Positions 1 through 10,811 of a DNA stretch of 64,000 nucleotides are shown piece after piece; the stretch's first letter is position 1, and every line of letters begins with the position of its first letter. Source of the DNA: Clostridia bacterium (lineage in GTDB: Bacteria > Bacillota > Clostridia > Oscillospirales > QAKW01); assembly GCA_017440465.1 (NCBI GenBank), contig JAFSHF010000031.1, positions 6,064-70,063 on the forward strand, written 5' to 3'. Below the pieces are notes generated by a model. That model had not been told where the DNA came from. It saw only the letters and a list, made by a program, of their open reading frames with translations, and ran no database searches. Both the position numbers and the translations under genes were made by a program.

Positions 1-1
1 A

Positions 2-505
2 ATGCTGAAGATTTTGCCCGACAGCGAGGAAGAGACCTTAGAGATCAGCAACAGTAAGAATTTCGTTGCCTTCCGTTTCGGCAACGTCAAATTGGTCTCC
101 CGCCTGCTGGAAGGGGAGTTTTTGGACTATAAGGCGGCATTGCCCAAGGAGCATAAATTCTATGTGGACGTCAATGTTCGGGAGTTTACCCATATCATTG
201 ATCGGGCGGCGCTGATGGCCAATTCCAATATCATCAGCCCCATCCGCTGTAACTTTGATTATGACCGCATCGAGATCAGCACCGTTTCCAATATCGGTAA
301 GTTTTCCGATACCATGCTGACCGAGACCTTCACCGAAAATATGGTGATCGGCTTTAACTATAAGTATATGCTGGCGGCACTCGCGGCCTGCGACGATGAA
401 GAGATCCGCATCGAGCTGCAAAGCAATTTGGCGCCCATCATTCTGCGCCCCAAGGATAAGGATGATTATCTCTTTTTGGTACTGCCTTTGAGAATGAAGG
501 AATAA
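2..505 (+). CDS. dnaN: DNA polymerase III beta sliding clamp, C-terminal portion (5' end lies left of the window)
   Basis: ORF open at the window edge; clamp C-terminal-domain-like sequence; canonical dnaN-yaaA-recF-remB-gyrB-gyrA order. Confidence 0.9.
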   Translation: MLKILPDSEEETLEISNSKNFVAFRFGNVKLVSRLLEGEFLDYKAALPKEHKFYVDVNVREFTHIIDRAALMANSNIISPIRCNFDYDRIEISTVSNIGKFSDTMLTETFTENMVIGFNYKYMLAALAACDDEEIRIELQSNLAPIILRPKDKDDYLFLVLPLRMKE

Positions 506-508
506 ACA

Positions 509-718
509 ATGAATAAATTATTGATCTATGATGAATATATCCGCCTTTGCGATGCGCTGAAGCTTTGCGGCGAGGCGGAGACCGGCGGGATGGCAAAGCT
601 GATGATCTTAAACGGCGATGTCACCGTCAACGACGAAGTCTGCACCATGAAGGGTAAAAAACTGCGTGCAGGCGACCGCTTTGCCTTCGACGGCATCGAA
701 TATTTGATCGTGCAATGA
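509..718 (+). CDS. yaaA: S4-domain RNA-binding protein, YaaA family
   Basis: 69-aa ORF between dnaN and recF with S4-like sequence (NGDVTVNDEV..KLRAGD); its stop overlaps the recF start. Confidence 0.75.
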   Translation: MNKLLIYDEYIRLCDALKLCGEAETGGMAKLMILNGDVTVNDEVCTMKGKKLRAGDRFAFDGIEYLIVQ

Positions 719-1827
719 AGATCCAATCGTTAAGGCTGGAAAATTTCAGAAATTTTAAGGACGAGACCTTTCTCTTTAGCGCAGGGACCAATATTTTGGC
801 GGGCAATAACGCCCAAGGTAAGACCAACTGCATCGAAGCGATCTATTTTTGCTCCTGCTTAAAGAGTTATCGCGTATTGCGGGAGGAGCAGTTGATCCGC
901 TTCGGGGAAGAGACCGCGACCGTTACCCTTACCTTTGGGGACGGTAATCGGCAGGAACAGCTTCAAATTATATTCCACCGCAATAAGCCCAAGGAATTTA
1001 GGTATAACGGGCTGGTGGTTTCCCGCCTGAGGGACCTTTTGGGTTGCTTTCATTCGGTGATCTTCACCCCCGACCATCTCAATCTTATTAAGGAAGGGCC
1101 CCATAAGCGACGCAACTTTTTGGATATGGCTCTTTGCTCACTGGACCTGACCTATACCGACCAATTATTAAACTATCAAAAGATCATTAAAAACCGCAAC
1201 GCTCTGCTGCGGCAATGCAAAGACCGCCCGGAACTGATCGATATGCTGGAGATCTGGGACGAAAAGCTGGCGCAGGCAGGCGCGTATATCGCCTTGGCGC
1301 GCCGCAATTATATCGATCGGCTCTCGACCTTTGCCAAAGGGTACTACAGCGATATCTCCGGCGGCGCGGAAAAACTGAAACTCATCTATTTAAACCAATT
1401 CACCAAGGATGCGGTGACCGAGGAAGATTACCGCCGCTTGATTTTAGATCGGCTCTATAAAATGCGGGAGACGGATCTCTCTATGGGGCAGACGATGAGC
1501 GGCATCCATAAGGATGATATATTAATACTGCTTTCGGGCAAGAGTATGAAATTCTTTGCCTCCCAAGGGCAGATCCGCTCGGCGGTGCTGGCGATCAAAT
1601 TGGCGGAAGCCGAATGTATCTCGGCGCAGCGGGAGACCGAGCCGGTGCTGTTGCTGGATGATATTTTATCGGAGCTGGACAGTAAGCGGCAAAAATTCAT
1701 CTTTGCGCGGATGGAAGGGCGGCAGACGGTGCTTTCCACCTGCGAGCTGGGCAAGATCCGCAAAAAAGGCGATAAGGTCTTCTTTATTAAAGACGGTGCG
1801 GTGCAAAGGATCCGAGAGAAGGAGTAA
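715..1827 (+). CDS. recF: DNA replication/repair protein RecF
   Basis: Walker A GNNAQGKTN, C-terminal LLLDDILSELD, conserved position. Confidence 0.95.
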   Translation: MKIQSLRLENFRNFKDETFLFSAGTNILAGNNAQGKTNCIEAIYFCSCLKSYRVLREEQLIRFGEETATVTLTFGDGNRQEQLQIIFHRNKPKEFRYNGLVVSRLRDLLGCFHSVIFTPDHLNLIKEGPHKRRNFLDMALCSLDLTYTDQLLNYQKIIKNRNALLRQCKDRPELIDMLEIWDEKLAQAGAYIALARRNYIDRLSTFAKGYYSDISGGAEKLKLIYLNQFTKDAVTEEDYRRLILDRLYKMRETDLSMGQTMSGIHKDDILILLSGKSMKFFASQGQIRSAVLAIKLAEAECISAQRETEPVLLLDDILSELDSKRQKFIFARMEGRQTVLSTCELGKIRKKGDKVFFIKDGAVQRIREKE

Positions 1828-1832
1828 AACGG

Positions 1833-2102
1833 ATGTATCTTCATTTAGGGCAGGATACCCTCATTAAAATCAAAGAGATCATCGGCATCTTCGATATGGA
1901 TAAAGCCACCGTCTCCAAGCGCAGCCGCAACTATCTTGCCGCCAAGGAAAAAGAAGGCAAGGTTTATAACGTTGCCACCGATCTTCCCAAATCCTTTATC
2001 GTATGCCATCGGGATGGGGAAGAAGTGGTCTATATATCGCAGCTTTCACCCCAAACATTGATGAAACGCTGCAAATTCATTCAAAAAATCAGTTACATTT
2101 AA
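1833..2102 (+). CDS. remB: DUF370 protein (RemB/YaaB family)
   Basis: 89-aa ORF between recF and gyrB; sequence typical of DUF370 (IIGIFD..SKRSR). Confidence 0.8.
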   Translation: MYLHLGQDTLIKIKEIIGIFDMDKATVSKRSRNYLAAKEKEGKVYNVATDLPKSFIVCHRDGEEVVYISQLSPQTLMKRCKFIQKISYI

Positions 2103-2120
2103 GATAAGGAGAAGAAGAAA

Positions 2121-4049
2121 ATGGATCAGCAAAAAGTCACCAATCAATACGACGAATCCTCGATTCAGGTATTGGAGGGGCTGGAAGCCGTTCGGAAGAG
2201 ACCGGGGATGTATATCGGATCGACCTCGATCCGCGGATTGCACCACCTGGTGTATGAAATTGTGGATAATTCCATCGACGAAGCGTTGGCGGGGCACTGC
2301 GATACCATCAAGGTATCCATCCTGCCCGGCAACATCATCGAGGTGGAGGATAACGGGCGGGGTATCCCTGTCGGTATCCATCCTAAAATGGGGATCCCGA
2401 CCGTCGAGGTGGTCTTTACCGTTCTGCACGCAGGCGGTAAATTCGGCGGCGGCGGATATAAGGTCTCCGGCGGTCTGCACGGGGTCGGTGCCTCGGTCGT
2501 CAACGCCCTTTCGGAATGGCTGGAAGTGGAGGTCAAGGACGGTCAGCATATCTATACCCAGCGGTATGAGCGGGGTCATAGCGGTTCCACCCTGAAAAAG
2601 ATCGGGGATACCACCGAAAAGGGGACCAAGGTGCGCTTTTTGGCGGATGATCAGATCTTCGAGACCTTGGAATATGAATACGATGTGCTCTTAAAGCGTC
2701 TGCGGGAGCAGGCGTTCCTCAATGCGGGCCTGAAAATCGTCTTTGAAGACCTGCGGGGGGAAGAGAAAAAGAGCAAGACGATGTGCTATGAGGGCGGTAT
2801 CAAGGAATTTGTTACCTACCTGAATAAAAATAAAGAGGCGTTGCACGAAGAGATCATCTATGTTTCGGGGATGAAAAATACCTCCATGGCGGAGATCGCT
2901 ATGCAGTATACCACCCGCTACGATGAAACATTGATCTCCTTTGCCAACGATATCAATACCACCGAAGGCGGTACCCACGAATCGGGCTTTAAGAGCGCGC
3001 TGACCCGCGTTATCAATAACTATGCCAGAAAGTATAACTATCTCAAAGAAAAGGACAGCAACCTTTCCAGCGAGGACGTCCGCGAGGGCTTGACGGTCAT
3101 CATCAGCGTCAAGGTGGAGGAAGCGCAGTTTGAAGGGCAGACCAAGACCAAGTTGGGCAATTCCGAGGTGCAGGGTCTGGTCAGCTCCATCGTTTCCGAT
3201 AAGCTGATGGAATTCTTTGAAGAAAATCCCAAGACCGCCAAGACCATCATCAGCAAGGCAGTCTCCGCTTCCCAAGCCCGCGAGGCGGCGAGAAAGGCGA
3301 GAGAGCACGCAAGAAAGAGCGCCCTTTCCACCTCTATGAGCCTGCCCGGTAAATTGGCAGACTGCCAGAGCAAGGATAATAAGTATACCGAGATCTATAT
3401 CGTCGAGGGGGACTCGGCGGGCGGTTCCGCCAAGGAGGGCCGCGATCGGAGATTTCAGGCGATTTTGTCCCTTTGGGGTAAGATGCTCAATGTGGAAAAA
3501 TCCCGCTTGGACAAGGTGTATAACAACGATAAATTGCAGCCGGTCATCGCCGCGCTGGGCACCAATATCGGTGCCGATTTCGATATCGAAAAACTCCGCT
3601 ACGGCAAAGTCATCATTATGGCGGATGCCGACGTGGACGGCGCCCATATCCGCACCCTGCTTTTGACCTTCTTCTTCCGCTTTATGCGCCCCTTGGTAGA
3701 GGGCGGCTATGTCTATACCGCAGTCCCGCCCCTGTATAAGCTGGTCAAGGGCAAGGAGACCCGTTATGCCTATTCCGATGCCGAACGGGATGCCATCTCC
3801 GCCGAACTGCGCGGGGAGGACGGCAAGGGTAAGGTAGAGATCAGCCGCAATAAGGGTCTTGGTGAAATGGACGCCACCGAGCTTTGGGCGACCACCATGG
3901 ACCCCGAAACCCGTACTTTGAAGCAATTTACTCTGGGCGATGCCATCGCCGCCGATGAGACCTTCTCCATCCTGATGGGTGAAAAGGTGGAGCCGCGGCG
4001 GTTGTTCATCGAGCAAAATGCAAAATATGTTAATAACTTGGATGTGTAA
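2121..4049 (+). CDS. gyrB: DNA gyrase subunit B
   Basis: GHKL ATPase N-terminus, TOPRIM EGDSAGG, PLYKL motif, 642 aa. Confidence 0.98.
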   Translation: MDQQKVTNQYDESSIQVLEGLEAVRKRPGMYIGSTSIRGLHHLVYEIVDNSIDEALAGHCDTIKVSILPGNIIEVEDNGRGIPVGIHPKMGIPTVEVVFTVLHAGGKFGGGGYKVSGGLHGVGASVVNALSEWLEVEVKDGQHIYTQRYERGHSGSTLKKIGDTTEKGTKVRFLADDQIFETLEYEYDVLLKRLREQAFLNAGLKIVFEDLRGEEKKSKTMCYEGGIKEFVTYLNKNKEALHEEIIYVSGMKNTSMAEIAMQYTTRYDETLISFANDINTTEGGTHESGFKSALTRVINNYARKYNYLKEKDSNLSSEDVREGLTVIISVKVEEAQFEGQTKTKLGNSEVQGLVSSIVSDKLMEFFEENPKTAKTIISKAVSASQAREAARKAREHARKSALSTSMSLPGKLADCQSKDNKYTEIYIVEGDSAGGSAKEGRDRRFQAILSLWGKMLNVEKSRLDKVYNNDKLQPVIAALGTNIGADFDIEKLRYGKVIIMADADVDGAHIRTLLLTFFFRFMRPLVEGGYVYTAVPPLYKLVKGKETRYAYSDAERDAISAELRGEDGKGKVEISRNKGLGEMDATELWATTMDPETRTLKQFTLGDAIAADETFSILMGEKVEPRRLFIEQNAKYVNNLDV

Positions 4050-4066
4050 GGAGGTGCGTGTGAAAA

Positions 4067-6553
4067 ATGGCTAAATATGATCAATTTGATACCACAGCTT
4101 ATGAAAACCAGACCATTGTTCCGGTGGATCTGGAAAAAGAGATGAAGGAAGCCTATATCGACTATTCCATGTCGGTCATCGTCGGGCGCGCCCTGCCCGA
4201 TGTGCGGGACGGTTTGAAGCCGGTCCATCGCCGCATCCTTTATGCTATGTATGAAGATAATCTCACCAGCGATAAACCTTTCCGTAAGTCCGCCACCTGC
4301 GTCGGTGACGTGCTGGGCCGCTATCATCCCCACGGTGATGCGTCGGTCTATGATGCGCTGGTGCGCTTGGCGCAACCCTTCTCGTTGCGCTACCCCTTAG
4401 TGGAAGGCCACGGCAACTTCGGTTCCATTGACGGCGACCCCGCCGCGGCTTATCGGTATACCGAGGCAAGAATGAGTAAGATCTCCAATGAGATGCTCAA
4501 GGATATTGAAAAGGATACCATCGATTGGGATCCCAACTTTGATGAGACCCGCAAGGAGCCCCGCGCCCTGCCCTCCCGCTTCCCCAACCTGCTGGTCAAC
4601 GGCAGTACCGGTATCGCGGTGGGTATGGCGACGGATATTCCGCCCCATAACTTAAATGAGGTGGTGGAGGGCACCATCGCGGTGTTGGAAAACCCCGAAA
4701 TTGAAGTGGATGAACTCTGTGACATCATCAAAGGCCCCGATTTCCCCACCGGTGCCATCATTATGGGCCGCAGCGGCATCCGCAACGCTTACCGCACCGG
4801 CCGCGCCAAGATCTATGTCCGCGCCCGCGCCGAGATCGAGGAATGGAAGGATGATCGGTATAAGATCGTCGTCACCGAAATTCCCTATATGGTCCGCAAA
4901 GCCGCGTTGATCGAAAAGATCGCCGATGAGGTCAAGACCGGCCGCATCGAAGGCATCTCCGATATCCGCGACGAGACCGATAAGGACGGTCTGCGCTTTG
5001 TGGTAGAGCTTAAAAAAGAAGCCAATCCCCAAGTCATTCTGAACCAACTTTATAAATATACCGAAATGCAGGCCACCTGCTCCATCATTATGCTGGCGCT
5101 GGTCAATGGCGAGCCCAAGATCTTGAACCTCAAGCAGATGCTGGAGGAATACATCAAGCATCAAAAGGACGTTATCCGCCGCCGCACCGCCTTTGAAATT
5201 AAAAAGGCGGAGGCGAGAGCCCATATCTTGGAGGGCTTGCTCAAAGCCATCGACCATATCGATGAAGTTATCTCCATCATCCGCGGCAGTAAGCATATCG
5301 CCGATGCCAAGGAGCAGTTGATGAACCGCTTTGATCTGGATGAGATCCAAGCCCAAGCGATCGTCGAGATGCGGCTGGGTCAACTTTCCGGCTTGGAGCG
5401 GGAAAAATTGGAGACCGAATATAAGGAGATCACCGCCAAGATCGCCGATCTGAAGGATATTCTTGCCAACGATTATCGCGTGGTGGAGGTCTTAAAGACC
5501 GATCTTTCCGAGATCGCCCGCAAGTTCGGCGATGCCCGCCGCACCGAGATCGGCAACGGCGAGATCGGGCTGGAGGATGAAGACCTGATTCCGGTGGAGG
5601 ATTGCATCTTCACCATGACCGAAGCGGGCTATATCAAGCGTCAGCTGACCGATACCTATAAGGCGCAGCACCGCGGCGGCAGAGGCATTACCGGTATGAA
5701 GACCAAGGAAACGGATGTGGTCAAGAGCCTGTTTGCCGCCTCCACCCACGATACCATTCTGTTCTTCACCACCTTAGGGCGGGTCTATAAGCTCAAGGGC
5801 TATGAAGTCCCCGAAAGCTCCCGCACCGCCAAGGGCACCAATGTGGTCAACCTCTTGCCGCTGATGAGCGGCGAGAAGGTCAACGCCATGATCCGTGTGG
5901 AGAACTTCGACCAAGAGGGCTATCTTGTGATGGCGACCCGCAACGGTACCGTCAAAAAGACCGCCCTTGCCGATTATTCCAATATCCGCAAGAGCGGCGT
6001 GATCGCCATTTTGCTGGATGAGGGCGACGATCTGATCAGCGTCCACCTCACCTCCGGCGAGGACCATCTCGTTCTCGCTTCCCACGAAGGCAAGGCGATC
6101 CGCTTCCCCGAAAGCGATGTCCGCGCCATGGGCAGAGTCACCCGCGGTGTCCGCGGCATTAAGCTCAATGAGGGGGATTATCTGGTCGGGATGTGCTTAG
6201 AGCGGGAAGGCGCGCAGTTGCTGACCATCACCGAAAACGGTTACGGCAAGCGTACCCCCACCGAAGAATACCGCCTGCAGACCCGCGGCGGTAAGGGCAT
6301 CGGCAACTATAATATCACCGAAAAGACCGGTAAGATCGCCGCCATTTTGATGGCGGAAGAAGGGGAAGATCTGCTGCTGGTGACCAGCGGCGGCATCATC
6401 CTGCGTACCAAGATCGAGGAGATCTCCTCCCTCAGCCGTACCACCCAAGGGGTGCGTGTGGTCAAATTGGGCGAGGGGATCAAGGTCATCGATATTGCGT
6501 CTGCCGCGCGGGAAGAGGAAGAAGAAACTTCCGACCAACCCGAAGAGGAATAA
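4067..6553 (+). CDS. gyrA: DNA gyrase subunit A
   Basis: Catalytic region [11 protein letters not shown], beta-pinwheel C-terminal repeats, acidic tail, 828 aa. Confidence 0.98.
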   Translation: MAKYDQFDTTAYENQTIVPVDLEKEMKEAYIDYSMSVIVGRALPDVRDGLKPVHRRILYAMYEDNLTSDKPFRKSATCVGDVLGRYHPHGDASVYDALVRLAQPFSLRYPLVEGHGNFGSIDGDPAAAYRYTEARMSKISNEMLKDIEKDTIDWDPNFDETRKEPRALPSRFPNLLVNGSTGIAVGMATDIPPHNLNEVVEGTIAVLENPEIEVDELCDIIKGPDFPTGAIIMGRSGIRNAYRTGRAKIYVRARAEIEEWKDDRYKIVVTEIPYMVRKAALIEKIADEVKTGRIEGISDIRDETDKDGLRFVVELKKEANPQVILNQLYKYTEMQATCSIIMLALVNGEPKILNLKQMLEEYIKHQKDVIRRRTAFEIKKAEARAHILEGLLKAIDHIDEVISIIRGSKHIADAKEQLMNRFDLDEIQAQAIVEMRLGQLSGLEREKLETEYKEITAKIADLKDILANDYRVVEVLKTDLSEIARKFGDARRTEIGNGEIGLEDEDLIPVEDCIFTMTEAGYIKRQLTDTYKAQHRGGRGITGMKTKETDVVKSLFAASTHDTILFFTTLGRVYKLKGYEVPESSRTAKGTNVVNLLPLMSGEKVNAMIRVENFDQEGYLVMATRNGTVKKTALADYSNIRKSGVIAILLDEGDDLISVHLTSGEDHLVLASHEGKAIRFPESDVRAMGRVTRGVRGIKLNEGDYLVGMCLEREGAQLLTITENGYGKRTPTEEYRLQTRGGKGIGNYNITEKTGKIAAILMAEEGEDLLLVTSGGIILRTKIEEISSLSRTTQGVRVVKLGEGIKVIDIASAAREEEEETSDQPEEE

Positions 6554-6666
6554 GGACCAGTCCACAAATCGTGGAATAATTACAACATAAGGTTCTATTC
6601 AATCGAATACGCGTTTGTTATAATTTTATTATCTATAAATATCTGTTCTAAAGGGAGGACAATGAT

Positions 6667-9600
6667 ATGGCAAAGAAGTCGACCCGTGTGTTGAGCTTCA
6701 TCCTTTCGGCATTGCTGCTGGTATCGATGTTACCGGTGGTTTCTTTGGCGGAAGAAGCAAAGTTCTATACCTACGATGAAGCAGCGACCACAAAGAACTA
6801 CTATGATGATCTGGATTTTACCGCTCTGGTCGGCCCCGCAAATGAAAATGAGACAACAAATGTCTTTATTATCGATGCCGATTGGAATTATAAGGCAGGC
6901 GAGGAACCCAAGAGCGTCAGCTTTACGTTCCGCGATGAAAAGATCACCGAGACCTATAATGCAAATCGGCATATGTCGAGCATTTCCAATGCGGTAAATT
7001 ATGTCTCGGAAAACGGGATTAAAAAACCGGTCTTTATCTTCACCGAGGGTGTTTATTCCGATCCGCTGAAGATGGCAAACGGTTTTACTGTCTTAGGTCC
7101 CAAGGCGGGAATGAACCCCAACGTCCCCGATGCCGACCCCACCAAGGAATGGGCGCTGAGCAGCAAGCGTAAGCTCCCCACCAATACCAAGACCAACGGC
7201 GAGGCGGTCTTCCGCACCAACGAATCCGGCGAAGACGGAACCCACCTCATCAATGGCGATAATAACTCGGTCGGTACCCAGAACTATATCATCGACGGTG
7301 TGGTTTTCCAGGGCAACGGCTCCGGTGTGGCGGATGAAGCCTCTTCCGGTTCGGGTACAAGAAATTGGTATATCCAGAACTGCATCTTTGATGACTGCCA
7401 TTCCAAAGGCGGCCGCGGCAGCTCGGTCGGTATTGGTTTCGACCGTCGGTCAGGGCAGACCTACGCCAAAAACCTGTATGTCTGCAACAGCTATGTCATC
7501 AACCAAAATAACTATCCTCTCTATTCCGGTCACGCCACCTCGGTCCATTTCAACGGCGTATCGGTGCAGAAAAGTTCACGTTCTTTGTGTGGCAGGATTC
7601 AATGTCTGCAATGGCAAGGTCAAACCACGGAAGTGACCAACTGCCATTTCTGGAATGCGAAGGGTTCCGAACGTGAAGGCATCTATTTCCCGGTGACCTG
7701 GGATAATTATTGCAATTCCGGTGTCGGCACCGACGACGCGCTCTTTTCTGCCGTCTTCCGCAACAATTCCTTCTATCACATAAACAGAGGGGATGATCCG
7801 ATCATTCAATTTGGTGTGGCGGGCAATACCAATGTCACCATTGAAGAGAATATCTTTATCTCCGAAGAAGACGGAAAGGTCAGAGCTCCCATCAATGTAA
7901 GATACATTACCGTAAATGGTGAAGTCACCCATAACGGCATCGGCCAGACCGTCGACGATGTCCGCACCGTCGCTGTCGTAAGCAACGCCGGTGACTATAA
8001 GCTGACCAACGAGCAGGTGATGGTTCGTAACAACACCTTTATCGGCTCGGAATTTATGACCTTGCCCAACATCGGAACGAACATGAATAAAGAAACCAAG
8101 GTGGAGCTGCTCGGGAACCTCTATCTGAAGAAGCTGGGCGATACAAACGGTCAAATGATCGATCCCTATGTGGAAGGCGCAAAGATCTATAATAAGTGGG
8201 TCTGGTTGGATGCCGCCCGCACCAAGGCTTCTTCCGAGATCGTGGAGGAAGATATTTCCATTACCAGCGGCGGTCAGCCGATAGAAAAGAACGGTTATGA
8301 CCTCTATCTTTCTGCCGGAACAGAGTATGAAAAGCAGATCGAAGTTTCCTGCAACGCAGAAAACTATATCCGTGTGTATAAATCCGATGCATCCTGGTCC
8401 AAAGGTGCGCAGGTGGAAGGGAACAAAGGAACCTATACGCTGAATACCGCGGGGAGAAGCAACTACTACATTGTGACCATCACCTCGACGGATCAGCGGA
8501 CCGAGCTGAACTATAAGCTCACCATTGATCGTGATCCCAACCCGAATGCGCAGCTGAACGCGGTTCATCCGCAAAGCAATGTCCTTTCTTCCTTCAACGA
8601 TAAAGTCACCTATACCTATAGCGTTGGCTTTGATGTCGAAAACTTCGCCTTTAAGCTGGATACCTCTGCCAATGCCATCGTTTCTGTATGGAATGTGGAT
8701 GGAATTATCCGATCCGATGCCGATGGGGTCTATACCACCGGCAAGCTTGAAGCCGGAGCCGAAGAGACCTATGAGATCTGGGTCGTTGACCAAGCAAAAA
8801 ATGAGGAAGTCTACTATCTGAATATTTTCCGCGAGGAAAATTCCGCCACTGAGCTGCTGGGTGTTTCCGCGCCCGAGGCTTCGGCAATCACCGCGGCAGG
8901 CAAGACCTTCAATGTGAAGGTCCCCACCAATGCGGCCGCGTTGAATCTGACCCTTGCGCTCTCCGAAGGCGCGGCGGCGGAGATGACCGACCCGATCTAT
9001 CAGATGCCGATCATCCCGAAGAACGGTGTATTCACCATCAGCCCTGTTCTGGGCGGGAAGAACACCTATTCGGTCACCGTCTATTCGCAGGACGATGCGC
9101 ATCAAGAGGAATGGACGATCGTTGTTGAGCGTGAAGCCAAGAAAGGATGCGAACTGCTGGGCATCGCCGGAACCGAAAAGGTCGGCGATATGTATGTCGG
9201 CTATACCGCAAATAAAGTATTTTTGATCAGCGCAACCGTTTCGGAAGGCGCAACCTATAAGATCTATACCGATCCTGCCTGCACGCAGGCGGTCTCTTCT
9301 CCCAGAGTCGCGCTGACAGCCACGACCAATAACTTCTGGGTCAAGGTCTTTGCGGAGGATACGGCATATGTTTCCGAACCGGTCAAGGTTCTGATCAATA
9401 CCTATGCCGATACCACCGAGCCGGAGGATATCCCGGTCAAACTGCCGATGAACGATGACGGCATCCTCGGTGTCACCGGCGGTGAATTCAATAAGAATAC
9501 CGTAATCGTTCCTTTGGCACCCGAAACCGAGAAGTATACCTTCCGTGTTCAGGGCTTTGATGGTTATGTGGCGCGGGTCTATTCCGATAAGAGCGAAACC

Positions 9601-10341
9601 CCGATGCGCCCTGCCAATGCGGTCGATCTCACCTTGGATTCCGGCAGAACCACCCTTTATGTCACCGCCACCAAGGGAACCGGCGCAAATAAAATCGTCA
9701 AGGAATACACCGTCTATATCGTTGCCCCCAGAGTGTATACCTATACCGATAAGCAGGTCGATTGGGCGGCAGAGTATATCGCTGAGATCGGCACCAACGG
9801 CTGGGGTCTGATGAAGGGTTATCCCGATGGCTCCTTCGGCGGCGATAAGCAGCTGACCCGCTATGAAATGGCGGCATTGATGGTCCGCGTGTCCGGTGCC
9901 AATGTCCATCTCTATGCCGCGGCGCGGAATCCCTTCAGCGATTTCATCGCGGAATGGGCGCTGGGCTATGTCAAGGCCGCTTCCCGCATGGGGATGATCA
10001 ACGGCTATGAGGTTATAAACGACGAAGGTATTACCGTCTTTGAATTCCAAGGCGATAAGAAATCCACCCGAAGCGAATTCTTCCGTGTCTTTGCCAATGC
10101 CGTGCTGGGCAAGGATGTGGATGAGTATTATAAAGCCAATCAAAAGAAGATCGATAAGGCAGTCGAAGAACTGAACCTTGCCGATCTGAACGCGATCGCC
10201 GATTGGGCAAAGCCCGCGGTCTATACCGCCGTTTATTTGAAATTGGTGCAGGGCGACCATAATAAAAAGGTCAACCCCGAAAATAATATCACCAGAAACG
10301 AAGTTGCGGTGGTTCTGGGCAGATACTATAATACCCTTTAA
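6667..10341 (+). CDS. Large secreted surface protein with C-terminal S-layer-homology (SLH) repeats
   Basis: Signal peptide; beta-helix-like N-terminal region; C-terminal SLH-type repeats (DWAAEYI..GLMKGYPDGSFGGDKQLTRYEMAALMVR); SD AGGGAGGA upstream. Confidence 0.85.
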   Translation: MAKKSTRVLSFILSALLLVSMLPVVSLAEEAKFYTYDEAATTKNYYDDLDFTALVGPANENETTNVFIIDADWNYKAGEEPKSVSFTFRDEKITETYNANRHMSSISNAVNYVSENGIKKPVFIFTEGVYSDPLKMANGFTVLGPKAGMNPNVPDADPTKEWALSSKRKLPTNTKTNGEAVFRTNESGEDGTHLINGDNNSVGTQNYIIDGVVFQGNGSGVADEASSGSGTRNWYIQNCIFDDCHSKGGRGSSVGIGFDRRSGQTYAKNLYVCNSYVINQNNYPLYSGHATSVHFNGVSVQKSSRSLCGRIQCLQWQGQTTEVTNCHFWNAKGSEREGIYFPVTWDNYCNSGVGTDDALFSAVFRNNSFYHINRGDDPIIQFGVAGNTNVTIEENIFISEEDGKVRAPINVRYITVNGEVTHNGIGQTVDDVRTVAVVSNAGDYKLTNEQVMVRNNTFIGSEFMTLPNIGTNMNKETKVELLGNLYLKKLGDTNGQMIDPYVEGAKIYNKWVWLDAARTKASSEIVEEDISITSGGQPIEKNGYDLYLSAGTEYEKQIEVSCNAENYIRVYKSDASWSKGAQVEGNKGTYTLNTAGRSNYYIVTITSTDQRTELNYKLTIDRDPNPNAQLNAVHPQSNVLSSFNDKVTYTYSVGFDVENFAFKLDTSANAIVSVWNVDGIIRSDADGVYTTGKLEAGAEETYEIWVVDQAKNEEVYYLNIFREENSATELLGVSAPEASAITAAGKTFNVKVPTNAAALNLTLALSEGAAAEMTDPIYQMPIIPKNGVFTISPVLGGKNTYSVTVYSQDDAHQEEWTIVVEREAKKGCELLGIAGTEKVGDMYVGYTANKVFLISATVSEGATYKIYTDPACTQAVSSPRVALTATTNNFWVKVFAEDTAYVSEPVKVLINTYADTTEPEDIPVKLPMNDDGILGVTGGEFNKNTVIVPLAPETEKYTFRVQGFDGYVARVYSDKSETPMRPANAVDLTLDSGRTTLYVTATKGTGANKIVKEYTVYIVAPRVYTYTDKQVDWAAEYIAEIGTNGWGLMKGYPDGSFGGDKQLTRYEMAALMVRVSGANVHLYAAARNPFSDFIAEWALGYVKAASRMGMINGYEVINDEGITVFEFQGDKKSTRSEFFRVFANAVLGKDVDEYYKANQKKIDKAVEELNLADLNAIADWAKPAVYTAVYLKLVQGDHNKKVNPENNITRNEVAVVLGRYYNTL

Positions 10342-10369
10342 GGAACATCCTTTGGTATAAAACTTAATT

Positions 10370-10406
10370 AAAAGCAGTGTGGAAATTTTTCCACACTGCT
10401 TTTTTT
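10370..10406 (+). terminator. Intrinsic terminator after the 6667 SLH gene (first of two near-identical hairpins)
   Basis: GCAGTGTGGAAA/TTTCCACACTGC stem plus T-run; second copy at 10696-10730. Confidence 0.8.
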
Positions 10407-10575
10407 AGACGGTCAAAAAAGTCCCCGACCGCAGAAAAAGAAAAATTAAAAGCAGTGGAGACCAATTTATAAAGTTTTTCATAGAGAAGGGGTTATACTC
10501 TTTCTCTATGTTCTTTTATAAGGAAAAAATCCGCATAGCAATGCTTATTTTGATTGGATTTTTTCTGCTATCCGC

Positions 10576-10621
10576 CAAACCGCTCTCTACCGTACCTATG
10601 TACGCCGACGAGAACGGTTTG
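10576..10621. repeat. L-hairpin copy 1 (conserved loop TACCGTACCTATGTACGCCGAC, stem CAAACCGCTCTC/GAGAACGGTTTG)
   Basis: Read directly; flanks TTTTTCTGCTATCCGCC and GACGAATTC are shared with the other copies. Confidence 0.75.
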
Positions 10622-10811
10622 ACGAATTCGGAAACATTTTTGCTCCGTCTCCCCAGCGTGTCAAAGATCCAAAGATTTTTTCTTTGACACGCTGTAAAAG
10701 CAGAGTGGAAAAATTTCCACACTGCTTTTTATCGTTCTCCGGTTGCTTTTCTTTTTGAAAATTGTTATAATTAAAATGTATAGAGAAAAATAAAATAGGA
10801 AGGAACGTTTT

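Noticed and set aside
2691-4016. 441-aa ORF antisense to gyrB, with similar antisense ORFs in gyrA, recG, clpC, recA and proS
   Set aside because: The sense strands encode unmistakable housekeeping proteins, so these are frame shadows.
1-6600. oriC / DnaA-box cluster
   Set aside because: The window begins inside dnaN. The usual oriC regions flanking dnaA lie to the left, and I saw no TTATCCACA clusters in the gaps present here.
7576-10260. 894-aa ORF antisense to the 6667..10341 SLH-protein gene
   Set aside because: It lies entirely inside a well-supported sense gene. Its composition (Gly/Asp/Ile/Arg-rich, no domains, no RBS) is that of a shadow ORF caused by codon bias.
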